Positions 36,861 to 44,604 are shown, numbered from the stretch's first letter. The stretch: 44,981 nucleotides of DNA from a virus (IMGVR_UViG_3300017700_000220:1-44981); one strand, 5' to 3'. The notes: generated by a model not told the origin, from the letters alone. Made by a program: numbers and translations.

Positions 36861-37516
36861 TAGCGTATCTCCAATCGGCGGGCGCGGGCAAGGAATTCAT
36901 ACTTGGCGCGTTCCCATCCCCACACTTCAAAGTCCGGAATGACTGCGGGTTCCACAACGGGGATAGTCCACACCATCCATGGATACTTGGGCTTCGCCAT
37001 GATCCGTTCCTTCTCGAACCATGCCATTTGATTGTCCGCGTACTTCACGGACGGTGGCCACGGGAAGCGCAGATTGAATCGCTTGGCAATGGCAACTTCG
37101 GCTTGGTGTTCAATGGGCTTAAAGAATGCCTCAAACTCGGGTGAATGTTTGACCGGCGCAGCAACGTCCGGCAGCACGTATTCTGCGGCATCATGCATCA
37201 AGGCTTCATGCTTGTCTTCGTCCGGTGCCAGATCGTGCACATGGCAACAATGCTGCGCTATCTTGTAGTCAGCAAGGCTATGCCCGGTGTAGCGCACCTT
37301 CATGGAAAGGGAATGCGCAATGTCATCAATGTCAATGTCCGTCAACACCATGCGCAAGGGCCAAGCAGCACCGCCGCTTGCCACCTGGATACCGCCGCGC
37401 TTGAATTGATCTTCAAGCACGATCTCTGGAACATCGGGGCGGAACCCGTCATCCATGTTGACGCCGTGCGGATTGCGATAGTGGGAACCGGGTTCGCCGC
37501 GTTTGTATAGCATCAC
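36860..37516 (-). CDS. HD-domain 5'-deoxynucleotidase-like (YfbR-like) protein
   Basis: IDIDDIAHSLS..RY.GH, AQH, ALMHDAAEY..D...PVK, K.AD motifs. Confidence 0.85.
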   Translation of the reverse strand: MMLYKRGEPGSHYRNPHGVNMDDGFRPDVPEIVLEDQFKRGGIQVASGGAAWPLRMVLTDIDIDDIAHSLSMKVRYTGHSLADYKIAQHCCHVHDLAPDEDKHEALMHDAAEYVLPDVAAPVKHSPEFEAFFKPIEHQAEVAIAKRFNLRFPWPPSVKYADNQMAWFEKERIMAKPKYPWMVWTIPVVEPAVIPDFEVWGWERAKYEFLARARRLEIR

Positions 37517-37749
37517 AAGTCTCCGTTGGTTCTAAGCATGACAACCGGGACGCCAACAAACTTGTCCCCATCGTTGCCCTTTAAGTCCCGTTCGTACATC
37601 ATGGAAAGGTCCGCCGCCTTGATCTCGCAGATCAACGTGGGCGTCATGGCGATTGCAAAGTGATTCTCCAAGCCGCATTCTCTCAGGGCGCGGGCAATGA
37701 TCCGTACACCCTGCCCAAGTTCGTATAGCTGTTCGCGCGGCATATTCAT
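37513..37749 (-). CDS. Hypothetical protein
   Basis: 4-nt overlaps with neighbours; GGAG RBS. Confidence 0.65.
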   Translation of the reverse strand: MNMPREQLYELGQGVRIIARALRECGLENHFAIAMTPTLICEIKAADLSMMYERDLKGNDGDKFVGVPVVMLRTNGDL

Positions 37750-37937
37750 TTTGCTGGCTCCCCGAATACGGACATGACCTTCAGTAGCCGTTCCTTCAAC
37801 ATGACACTCATTTCCTTGGCGGTGTCCATGGGGACGCGGAAGTATGCGCCGCCCTGCATGTGAACGGTGGCTTCTGGATTGTCTGCAAAAATTTCAATGC
37901 AGATAATTTCGTTCAATTCAATTTTGCGAAACTGCAT
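37746..37937 (-). CDS. Hypothetical protein
   Basis: AGACAGGAAA RBS. Confidence 0.65.
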   Translation of the reverse strand: MQFRKIELNEIICIEIFADNPEATVHMQGGAYFRVPMDTAKEMSVMLKERLLKVMSVFGEPAK

Positions 37938-38020
37938 TTTAGTTTCCTGTCTAAAGTTCGGTGACGGGACTACTCGGCAAACTACCTTCTATCCCGTCAC
38001 CTAGCCGCCAACGCGCGGGG

Positions 38021-38413
38021 TTAGGTTGCTTTCTGCGCAGCGAACTTGTCAAGCTGCGCCTGGGTCCACTCAACTTTGAAAATGCCGTTGTTGCAATCAA
38101 CGCGGTCCGGCTCAAGATAGGACACGATTGCAGCGGTGCGGATCAACTCGCCGTCATCATATTCCTTCTCGGTGTCATTGTAGATATTGCCGAACACCAT
38201 ATTTTCGGTGACGTAGGCATTGCAGATCAGGCCGCGATAGTTTGGCTTGATTGCTTCTTCAACGTTGGTTGCCATGTCCCGCACGGCCTTGGCCGCGACT
38301 TGATCAGCGGGCGCTTCAACGCCGGGTGGAACTAGAACAGCATCGCCGGTAACAACTTCAGGCGGAAGCGCGGTTGCAGCGGGCGATTTGCCGTATGTTT
38401 TTCTCTTGCTCAT
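38021..38413 (-). CDS. Hypothetical protein, first gene of the replication operon
   Basis: AGACAGGAG RBS; G.IY.D....DGE.IRT pattern. Confidence 0.7.
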   Translation of the reverse strand: MSKRKTYGKSPAATALPPEVVTGDAVLVPPGVEAPADQVAAKAVRDMATNVEEAIKPNYRGLICNAYVTENMVFGNIYNDTEKEYDDGELIRTAAIVSYLEPDRVDCNNGIFKVEWTQAQLDKFAAQKAT

Positions 38414-38464
38414 AATATACTCCTGTCTCACGGTGTTTCATGTGGTCCGTATAGATTGCCCGCG

Positions 38465-38493
38465 CTTATAGGGCATGGGTTTTCGTCTGTCAA
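38465..38493 (-). promoter_or_regulatory. sigma70-type promoter for the replication operon
   Basis: TTGACA-N17-TATAAG on the minus strand. Confidence 0.75.
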
Positions 38494-38507
38494 CTGATAA
38501 AATTTGT

Positions 38508-38535
38508 TTGCAAATGCGGAACCTTTCTGTATGTT
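38508..38535 (+). promoter_or_regulatory. Possible divergent promoter for primase
   Basis: TTGCAA-N16-TATGTT. Confidence 0.4.
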
Positions 38536-38560
38536 TGGGTTCCCGGCAGAGGAATCATAC

Positions 38561-40417
38561 GTGTCTGAATTATCCAAGAACCATAAGTGGGCGTTGAAAT
38601 GGGCAGCTAAGGGCGTGCCTGTATTCCCGTGCGTTGAGGGTGACAAAATCCCGGCCACTGAAAATGGTTTCCATGACGCCACCACGGACGTTGATCAGAT
38701 CAACGCATGGTGGACAACCAACCCGAATTACAATGTAGCAGCATCACCGCACTCTGCCGGGTGTGTGGTGCTGGATACTGACGCGCCGGAAGCGATAGAC
38801 ACCCTGGAAATGATTCATGGTGCGCTTCCGGCGACTGTCATTGTGCGAACACCGCGCGGCGGGTTCCACTATTGGTTCAAAGGCTACGGCAAAAATTCTT
38901 CGGGGCGCTTGGCGCAGAAGGTGGATACGCGCGGTGAAGGTGGCTATGTATTGCTGCCGCCATCAACGATCACAAGCTATGAAGGCGAAGAAGCAAAGTA
39001 CAATGGCAACTCCTATGAAGTGATCAGCAAGGCAGAAATAGCGCCAATGCCGCCAACTATGCTGGCGCTGATCCAGCCCAAGGCCGGTGCCAAGGGCATT
39101 GAAGCTTCCGCGCACGCGCTTGATCTTCCCGCTGCAATCTCACGCGGCAAACAAATGGCGCGGTCATGGGAACGCGCGGAATGGGGAACGATTGACGATA
39201 CAACATATTTGCATTGTGCGCAGCTTGCCGACATTGGCTTGAGCAAGGAAACGATTTACGAGATCATCCAACACGACTGGTACGAACGAACCAACACTGA
39301 AGGCGACTTGGAGCGGCTTTACACCGTGGCCGAAAGCGCCACCGTCAACCGGGAGAATGTTGAAGGCGTGTGGGCGGTGCCAGATGCTAAGATCACTTAC
39401 GCGCACCTTGAGGGACGCGTTGAGGCTTCAAAACCTAGCAAATTCAAGCTTTTAGACGAAGCTGCGCAAGACAATTTGCCGCCGCCTTCATGGTTGATCA
39501 AGGGCGTGCTACCGGCCAACACCACTAACGTTCTTTATGCTGGCAGCAAGTCATGGAAAACATTCCTAGCAGTCGATTGGGGCATGACCATTGCTTCAGG
39601 GCTTCAGAAGTGGGGCGAAGTTGAAGCCGGTGCAGTTGTGTACCTTGCCGCTGAAGGTGCCACCGGCCTTGGCAAGTCCAGGCGTCCAGCTTGGCGCTTG
39701 CTAAATGGCGTCACCGATCCCGTTCCCTTCTATGTGATCCCCGACATATGCCGCGTCAATGATCCAAGCGAAGTCATAGAAATGTGCGAAGAAGTCAAGC
39801 GCACCGTGGGCAAGGTCAAGCTGATCGTGATTGATACCATGGCACGCGCCATGGTGGGCTTGGACGAAAACGCTGCGAAGGATTCGGCCATCGCCATTGA
39901 AGCTTTTGAAATGATCAAGCGCACGCTTGATACCACGGTGCTGGTGCTGGCGCATACAGGCCGGGACGAAACAAAGGGCTTGCGCGGATCAAGCAATCAC
40001 AAGGCGGGCTTTGACAACGGCTTCCAGATCAAGACTGACAAGGCAAGCAGTACGTCCGAACTATGGGCGGACTGGTACAGGGACGCAGAGACACCGGAAT
40101 TCCCATGGAAGCTGAAGGCAGAGAAGGTTCTAAACAGCTTGGCATTCCGCTTTGCCGATCCAGATGAAATGCCCGCGAAGGATCGGATCACCGCTGCGGA
40201 CGTAGGCACCGCGCTTCGCTCCATGAATGTGTTTACTGAAGATGAAGCGGTGGAGCAAAAAGTTGTGGAGTATCAGATTGCAATTCTGAAGTCGTGGCCG
40301 GAAAAGAAAGTGAGAATGGCGTTCAAGTTCTTACTGGCAAGCGGGAAGCTGGATGCTTTCAAAACCGCTAAAGGGAAGTTCTTCTTCCAGCGTGAACCGG
40401 AAGAAGAACAATTTTAA
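38561..40417 (+). CDS. Bifunctional primase/polymerase (Prim-Pol) fused to AAA_25/RepA-like helicase
   Basis: VFPC...K.P...GF.DATTD, VLDTD, RTPRGG.HYWF, DTRG.GGYV..PPS; LIVIDT, HTG, RGSS; GAGG RBS before GTG 38561. Confidence 0.88.
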   Translation: MSELSKNHKWALKWAAKGVPVFPCVEGDKIPATENGFHDATTDVDQINAWWTTNPNYNVAASPHSAGCVVLDTDAPEAIDTLEMIHGALPATVIVRTPRGGFHYWFKGYGKNSSGRLAQKVDTRGEGGYVLLPPSTITSYEGEEAKYNGNSYEVISKAEIAPMPPTMLALIQPKAGAKGIEASAHALDLPAAISRGKQMARSWERAEWGTIDDTTYLHCAQLADIGLSKETIYEIIQHDWYERTNTEGDLERLYTVAESATVNRENVEGVWAVPDAKITYAHLEGRVEASKPSKFKLLDEAAQDNLPPPSWLIKGVLPANTTNVLYAGSKSWKTFLAVDWGMTIASGLQKWGEVEAGAVVYLAAEGATGLGKSRRPAWRLLNGVTDPVPFYVIPDICRVNDPSEVIEMCEEVKRTVGKVKLIVIDTMARAMVGLDENAAKDSAIAIEAFEMIKRTLDTTVLVLAHTGRDETKGLRGSSNHKAGFDNGFQIKTDKASSTSELWADWYRDAETPEFPWKLKAEKVLNSLAFRFADPDEMPAKDRITAADVGTALRSMNVFTEDEAVEQKVVEYQIAILKSWPEKKVRMAFKFLLASGKLDAFKTAKGKFFFQREPEEEQF

Positions 40418-40824
40418 GATGGGCGTCCCCACTGGCGCATTTCATCGTTCGTAATCTGCCAAACGCGCTGCGCCTGATCAAATTCTTCAACCGACATGCG
40501 CACCCAGGATTTGACAAGCTTGGAACACTTGAACAGAAGAACGTCCATGGTGCGTTCCGCTTCATTGGTGCCGATGATGAATTGATCAATCGGGCCGAAC
40601 TCGCCTTGCTCAAACAGGGCGCTTAGGCGTGCGGTGCCAGCGTCATTCACGTACATGACGCGCCCGTGATGCTTCAGCAATGTGTTTTTCAATTCGCTGT
40701 AGTCCTTGAAGCATTCAGCAGCCGCCACGGTCTGCGCGAACGTGGGGTTAGGGGCAGATGCAAGCGCCGGTGCAGTCAGCGCCAGGAAAAGAGATAGAGC
40801 GATAAGTTCCTTCTTCATGGTCAT
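40414..40824 (-). CDS. Putative exported protein with signal peptide
   Basis: MKKELIALSLFLALTAPALA-S; GGAG RBS. Confidence 0.7.
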   Translation of the reverse strand: MTMKKELIALSLFLALTAPALASAPNPTFAQTVAAAECFKDYSELKNTLLKHHGRVMYVNDAGTARLSALFEQGEFGPIDQFIIGTNEAERTMDVLLFKCSKLVKSWVRMSVEEFDQAQRVWQITNDEMRQWGRPS

Positions 40825-40833
40825 TCTCCCTTG

Positions 40834-41043
40834 TTAGGACTTCATATGGTTAGCACGCTTGGCAAGGTTCTTCAAGACCTTGCGCTTCAGCTTCCGCTTA
40901 CGCTTGCGAACCTCAAAGGCGGGCAGCATTTCCCGGTGCATTGGGTATTCCGCAATGATCTTCAAGACAGGATCAGGAACGTCCGCCGCCTCTAAAATGC
41001 GGTGGGCTTTCTTGAGCATTGCAAGCGTAAGTTTGCCGGTCAT
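40834..41043 (-). CDS. Small basic hypothetical protein
   Basis: ATGA overlap; Lys/Arg-rich tail. Confidence 0.6.
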   Translation of the reverse strand: MTGKLTLAMLKKAHRILEAADVPDPVLKIIAEYPMHREMLPAFEVRKRKRKLKRKVLKNLAKRANHMKS

Positions 41044-41393
41044 AGTACGTCTTCCAACCCCTCTGTTCCAGTGTCCGGCGGGCATTTCCAGCGAATTGCC
41101 TTGTGGCCAAACGTGTGAGCGCCCTTCTTTTCCGCTTGCTGCCAATAGCCGTCAAGTAACTTATTTTTACGGCAGAAGTTAAGGCCGTTGGATGCATAGG
41201 CTTTGCCGTAGTCATCCAAGCCGGGGAACATTGATTCCACTAGCTTTGATGTGCTTAACAACTCGCCTTCTGCCAGAATGTCGCATACGTCCTTGACGCG
41301 ATCCGCCAGCCAGGGCGCACGGTCTTTCCGGCGCGTCCAGTCAATCCAGTGGGCTTTGTTGGCCCATGCTTGGAATATCTCGGTGTCAGTCAT
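41040..41393 (-). CDS. Hypothetical protein, paralogue of 41568-41954
   Basis: AAGGAG RBS; CRKNKLLDGYW motif. Confidence 0.7.
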   Translation of the reverse strand: MTDTEIFQAWANKAHWIDWTRRKDRAPWLADRVKDVCDILAEGELLSTSKLVESMFPGLDDYGKAYASNGLNFCRKNKLLDGYWQQAEKKGAHTFGHKAIRWKCPPDTGTEGLEDVL

Positions 41394-41571
41394 GGCTTCG
41401 CTCCTTTGTGACGATCTCTAGGAATTTTGCTTCCGATCCCGGCGGCGCGGTATAGCCGTCCATGCCGTCCCATAAGAACCCGGCACCAATCAGATCATTG
41501 TGAATTAGCTGTTGACGCCATGCGGCGTGCTTCAGTTGCGCTAACCAACTGCCCATATCAATCCGCTTCAT
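41386..41571 (-). CDS. Hypothetical protein
   Basis: Coupled overlaps. Confidence 0.6.
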   Translation of the reverse strand: MKRIDMGSWLAQLKHAAWRQQLIHNDLIGAGFLWDGMDGYTAPPGSEAKFLEIVTKERSHD

Positions 41572-41954
41572 GGTGTCATCCTTTGCTTGTGATACTTGTA
41601 AAAGTTGTGTCCGCGTTTCGAGCGCGGGTTAGGCACGGAAAAGAAATAGCCGTTGAGCAGTCGAGAGTAGCGGCAGCGTTCAACGCGCCGGATCACGAAC
41701 ATGATGAAGTCCTGATCACCCTTCTCCCATGCCACCGGCACTAGCTGGCGCACCATGTCAGTGGTGCCAACTTCATATTCGTCCGGCAGCGTGTCCAGCC
41801 ATTGTTTAATTCCGTTGGCGATTGATTGCAGCCGGATTCGCTGATCGGGGCGGCGAACGTCCCAACATTTTTGCTTGCCCTTGTATAGCTCCCGCAGGAA
41901 ATTTTCCTGCCAGTTGGCCCGATAGCCGCTAACGTCGAACTTTTGGAAGACCAT
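41568..41954 (-). CDS. Hypothetical protein, paralogue of 41040-41393
   Basis: AGGAAA RBS; CRYSRLLNGYF motif. Confidence 0.7.
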   Translation of the reverse strand: MVFQKFDVSGYRANWQENFLRELYKGKQKCWDVRRPDQRIRLQSIANGIKQWLDTLPDEYEVGTTDMVRQLVPVAWEKGDQDFIMFVIRRVERCRYSRLLNGYFFSVPNPRSKRGHNFYKYHKQRMTP

Positions 41955-42117
41955 AGCGTTTCCTAATCCATTCTAAAGTTTCCTTTGGTAAGTTGGGCAA
42001 AGGTTCACCCAGGGCGAGTCGGTGGGCAATGACTTGCCGCGCCGCCTCTGATTTGCCGTTGCGCCGCCCGCCGAATTTATATTCAATGACGCGCTTGTGT
42101 GTTTCGCTTGTACTCAT
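41929..42117 (-). CDS. Hypothetical protein
   Basis: AGAAAGGAACTGCA-ATG start after hairpin A. Confidence 0.65.
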   Translation of the reverse strand: MSTSETHKRVIEYKFGGRRNGKSEAARQVIAHRLALGEPLPNLPKETLEWIRKRYGLPKVRR

Positions 42118-42128
42118 TGCAGTTCCTT

Positions 42129-42187
42129 TCTAACAGTATTGTATGAGGCATAGACAACGCGCCTATGCCTCACGCGATCCCGTTAGA
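42129..42187 (-). repeat. Intergenic hairpin element A (diverged copy)
   Basis: ~27-bp imperfect stem; compensatory changes relative to copies B-E; contains the upstream TAA. Confidence 0.85.
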
Positions 42188-42503
42188 CCGTTATGCGCTT
42201 GCGCGGTGGCCAATCCTTCATAATAGTCTTGCGCACCCATTCCAGCGCCTTTTCCTTGCTGCCAGCCTTGTCACTGGCGGACATGATACGCCCGCCAAGG
42301 TCAACGCGCGGCTTCAGGTTGCCCACGGCTTCAGCCAGCGTCCATGGATCAATGCGCAGCTTTTTACCGGCAACACCGAACGCGCAACCGCATTTGGTTT
42401 CCGGGTTCCACATGGTAGATGACGCATAGCCCCAGGTTTTCCAGCCGTCTTTAATGGCGTTCCAGAATGCGGTGCGGCTAATCGTTCTTGGTGTCTTCTT
42501 CAT
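42183..42503 (-). CDS. Hypothetical protein
   Basis: GAAAGGAACTGCA-ATG at 42503; stop inside hairpin A. Confidence 0.75.
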   Translation of the reverse strand: MKKTPRTISRTAFWNAIKDGWKTWGYASSTMWNPETKCGCAFGVAGKKLRIDPWTLAEAVGNLKPRVDLGGRIMSASDKAGSKEKALEWVRKTIMKDWPPRKRITV

Positions 42504-42526
42504 TGCAGTTCCTTTCCTGTTTAGAT

Positions 42527-42582
42527 ACCTAGCGGTATCGTAAGAGGCATGGCGCACCATGCCCCTAGCGATCCCGTTAGGC
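42527..42582 (-). repeat. Intergenic hairpin element B
   Basis: 38-bp core gtatcgtaagaggcatggcgcaccatgcccctagcgat shared with C, D, E. Confidence 0.95.
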
Positions 42583-42861
42583 GGCTATGTCTTGCGGCGT
42601 CATGGCTTTCCATTCGGCCACGGTAAGAGGCATAGACGCCACATAATGCTTGCCACTAACCTTGGCGTGCGCGGTGAACGTCTGCCGCCCTTCGCCACTT
42701 ATGGTGCAGTTGCGGAAGTCGTAAGGCTCCCCAACTAAGAAGCCCAAACTATTCCAAGCCAGTGGCGGCAACACCCCAAGCCCGTAATCGAATTGTTCTT
42801 CCGTTTCTTCGTTCCACTTCAACTTGTCGCGGAATGCGGCGCGGTATTCATCCAGGTTCAT
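42577..42861 (-). CDS. Hypothetical protein
   Basis: AAGGAG RBS; LGVLPP..W...GFLVGEP motif; stop inside hairpin B. Confidence 0.75.
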   Translation of the reverse strand: MNLDEYRAAFRDKLKWNEETEEQFDYGLGVLPPLAWNSLGFLVGEPYDFRNCTISGEGRQTFTAHAKVSGKHYVASMPLTVAEWKAMTPQDIAA

Positions 42862-43049
42862 ATGTCTGACTCCTTCAAATGCCCATTGCCCTTGGGCGGG
42901 GTATCGCCAAGAAAGGTTTCCATGGCGTTGATTGTCGCACGCGCGTATAGAGCGGCAATACGCGCGTGCGCGGCTTCCCACGCCGCTTTGTCCCGTGATA
43001 TGGTGCGCTTGTAGTTGGGCGCAGTTGGATCAATGTCCTGATACTTCAT
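42858..43049 (-). CDS. Hypothetical protein
   Basis: Tiles the region; ATGA overlap. Confidence 0.6.
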   Translation of the reverse strand: MKYQDIDPTAPNYKRTISRDKAAWEAAHARIAALYARATINAMETFLGDTPPKGNGHLKESDI

Positions 43050-43051
43050 GG

Positions 43052-43396
43052 TTACACCTTAGCCAATTGCTTGTTCCAACTATCAGCATTGTTGAACGCT
43101 GCCCAATCCTTCCACTTGCGCGGCCTTGGCCCATAAAAGCCCGCCGGTTGAATTGCGAATGCCCGTTGCAATATCTCTTTCGTCAAGTAGTCATTGCCGC
43201 CGCGTTCAACTTGATAGCCGCTGCCGCTATCCAGGTTAGGGACATGCACCGTTGACAGATCATAGTTGCCGGACCATGACTCTTGAATGTAGCCAATGTT
43301 GCTGCCGTCTGTATAGTAGCCATAGCGGTCATTGAGATTGCGCATATACAATTCAAAGCCCGCTTCTTTAATGCCGTTCACAAGTTCCTGTCTCAT
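43052..43396 (-). CDS. Hypothetical protein
   Basis: AGAAAGGAACTACA-ATG at 43396. Confidence 0.75.
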   Translation of the reverse strand: MRQELVNGIKEAGFELYMRNLNDRYGYYTDGSNIGYIQESWSGNYDLSTVHVPNLDSGSGYQVERGGNDYLTKEILQRAFAIQPAGFYGPRPRKWKDWAAFNNADSWNKQLAKV

Positions 43397-43408
43397 TGTA
43401 GTTCCTTT

Positions 43409-43464
43409 CTCTAGCAGTATCGTAAGAGGCATGGCGCACCATGCCCCTAGCGATCCCGTTAGAA
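43409..43464 (-). repeat. Intergenic hairpin element C
   Basis: Same 38-bp core plus cccgttag. Confidence 0.95.
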
Positions 43465-44118
43465 CGTTTCTTCGGCTTCAGCTTCAGGCGCGGGGCCGGT
43501 GTCAATCCAGTCCGGCGCTTTCCAAACGGGTGTTGATCCGCGCAAGGGCATGAATATGCCAAAGGATAGGCCCGCGCTGTCATGCACGCCGCCAAACGTG
43601 ACCGGCATGGGGCTTGATCCGTCCCGCTGATTGATAGTCGCGCGGCCTAGCTCCATCTTTTCGCCAAAGGATTGAAAGCGCATGGCATAATCATAATTGA
43701 AATGCGCTTGCCCGATCATTTCATCCTTGTCCACTTCACGCGGCACGATCCGCCGCCAGTCGGGGTATTGCCCGTCAATCGGCTTGAACGTCCAGGTTAT
43801 GTCATGCTGAATCGTAACCGAGCCGTCATCATGCAGCGTTAGCGTGCCGTCTTCTGATCCGGTGCGCTTCAGCTTGGCCCGCTTGCATTCATCCGTGGGA
43901 ATGATCATCTGCACCGGTTCATTCCAGTCCGTGCATTGCGCGTCATCTGCACCCCGGAACGAGACAAGCATAGCAGTCCCGTCCGTTGCCACATAATAAA
44001 CGCCCTTATGCGTTACCTCAATCAAAACGCCGCGCAGATAAGGCCGCGCTTCCTCTTTCGACACCATTAGCGCAGTTGCGGCCAATAGCCTTAAATTGAT
44101 TATTGCAGTCTTAGCCAT
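43459..44118 (-). CDS. DNA polymerase III beta-clamp-like protein (partial, ~219 aa)
   Basis: S.EEARPYLRGV.IE, VATDG, IIP, IDGQYPDWRRIVP and FN..Y motifs of DnaN domains 2-3. Confidence 0.7.
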   Translation of the reverse strand: MAKTAIINLRLLAATALMVSKEEARPYLRGVLIEVTHKGVYYVATDGTAMLVSFRGADDAQCTDWNEPVQMIIPTDECKRAKLKRTGSEDGTLTLHDDGSVTIQHDITWTFKPIDGQYPDWRRIVPREVDKDEMIGQAHFNYDYAMRFQSFGEKMELGRATINQRDGSSPMPVTFGGVHDSAGLSFGIFMPLRGSTPVWKAPDWIDTGPAPEAEAEETF

Positions 44119-44143
44119 TGCAGTTCCTTTCATGTTGATACTT

Positions 44144-44191
44144 GACTGTATCGTAAGAGGCATGGCGCACCATGCCCCTAGCGATTCAGTC
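44144..44191 (-). repeat. Intergenic hairpin element D
   Basis: Same core; outer stem replaced by GACTG/CAGTC, which still pairs. Confidence 0.95.
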
Positions 44192-44527
44192 GTAACGCGA
44201 TCCAGTTTCAAAGCGAATGCCTAGCGCATTGCTTTTCATAACTTCCGCATATGCTTGCACGGCAGCAATGTGCACGCTGATTGATTGAGTCGGAACGTCA
44301 TGCAGCTTGGAATACCAAAGTTGCACGCCCGCCTTGTAATGCCGGTCAAATCCAAGCGCCATTAGTTCCTTGCCCGCATTGGTATTCGGGCGCACCGTTG
44401 GCGCGTGTATCCATGCAAAGCCGCAATCAAAGCCGCGTGACCGTTCGTCACCTAACTTTGCGTTGGCCGCGATTGCGGCTTCATTGGCGGCAATGCGGCC
44501 CTTATTGTGCAGTTCTGTTAGTGTCAT
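44186..44527 (-). CDS. Conserved phage hypothetical protein (CGFAW...QS...SRYD type)
   Basis: GGAGACAGGA RBS; stop inside hairpin D. Confidence 0.75.
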   Translation of the reverse strand: MTLTELHNKGRIAANEAAIAANAKLGDERSRGFDCGFAWIHAPTVRPNTNAGKELMALGFDRHYKAGVQLWYSKLHDVPTQSISVHIAAVQAYAEVMKSNALGIRFETGSRYD

Positions 44528-44552
44528 AGTCCTGTCTCCGTTTCTGATACCT

Positions 44553-44604
44553 CTAGCAGTATCGTAAGAGGCATGGCGCACCATGCCCCTAGCGATCCCG
44601 TTAG
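44553..44604 (-). repeat. Intergenic hairpin element E
   Basis: Same core plus cccgttag. Confidence 0.95.

Noticed and set aside
27040-37516. 2-aminoadenine (Z) genome pathway
   Set aside because: No PurZ/PurA-like gene recognisable anywhere.
42129-44604. CRISPR array
   Set aside because: Repeats are separated by ~350-830 bp of coding genes rather than 30-40 bp spacers, and no cas operon is present.
42129-44604. Hairpins as simple intrinsic terminators
   Set aside because: No U-tract on either strand, stems are long, and each is followed directly by an RBS within a co-oriented gene run.
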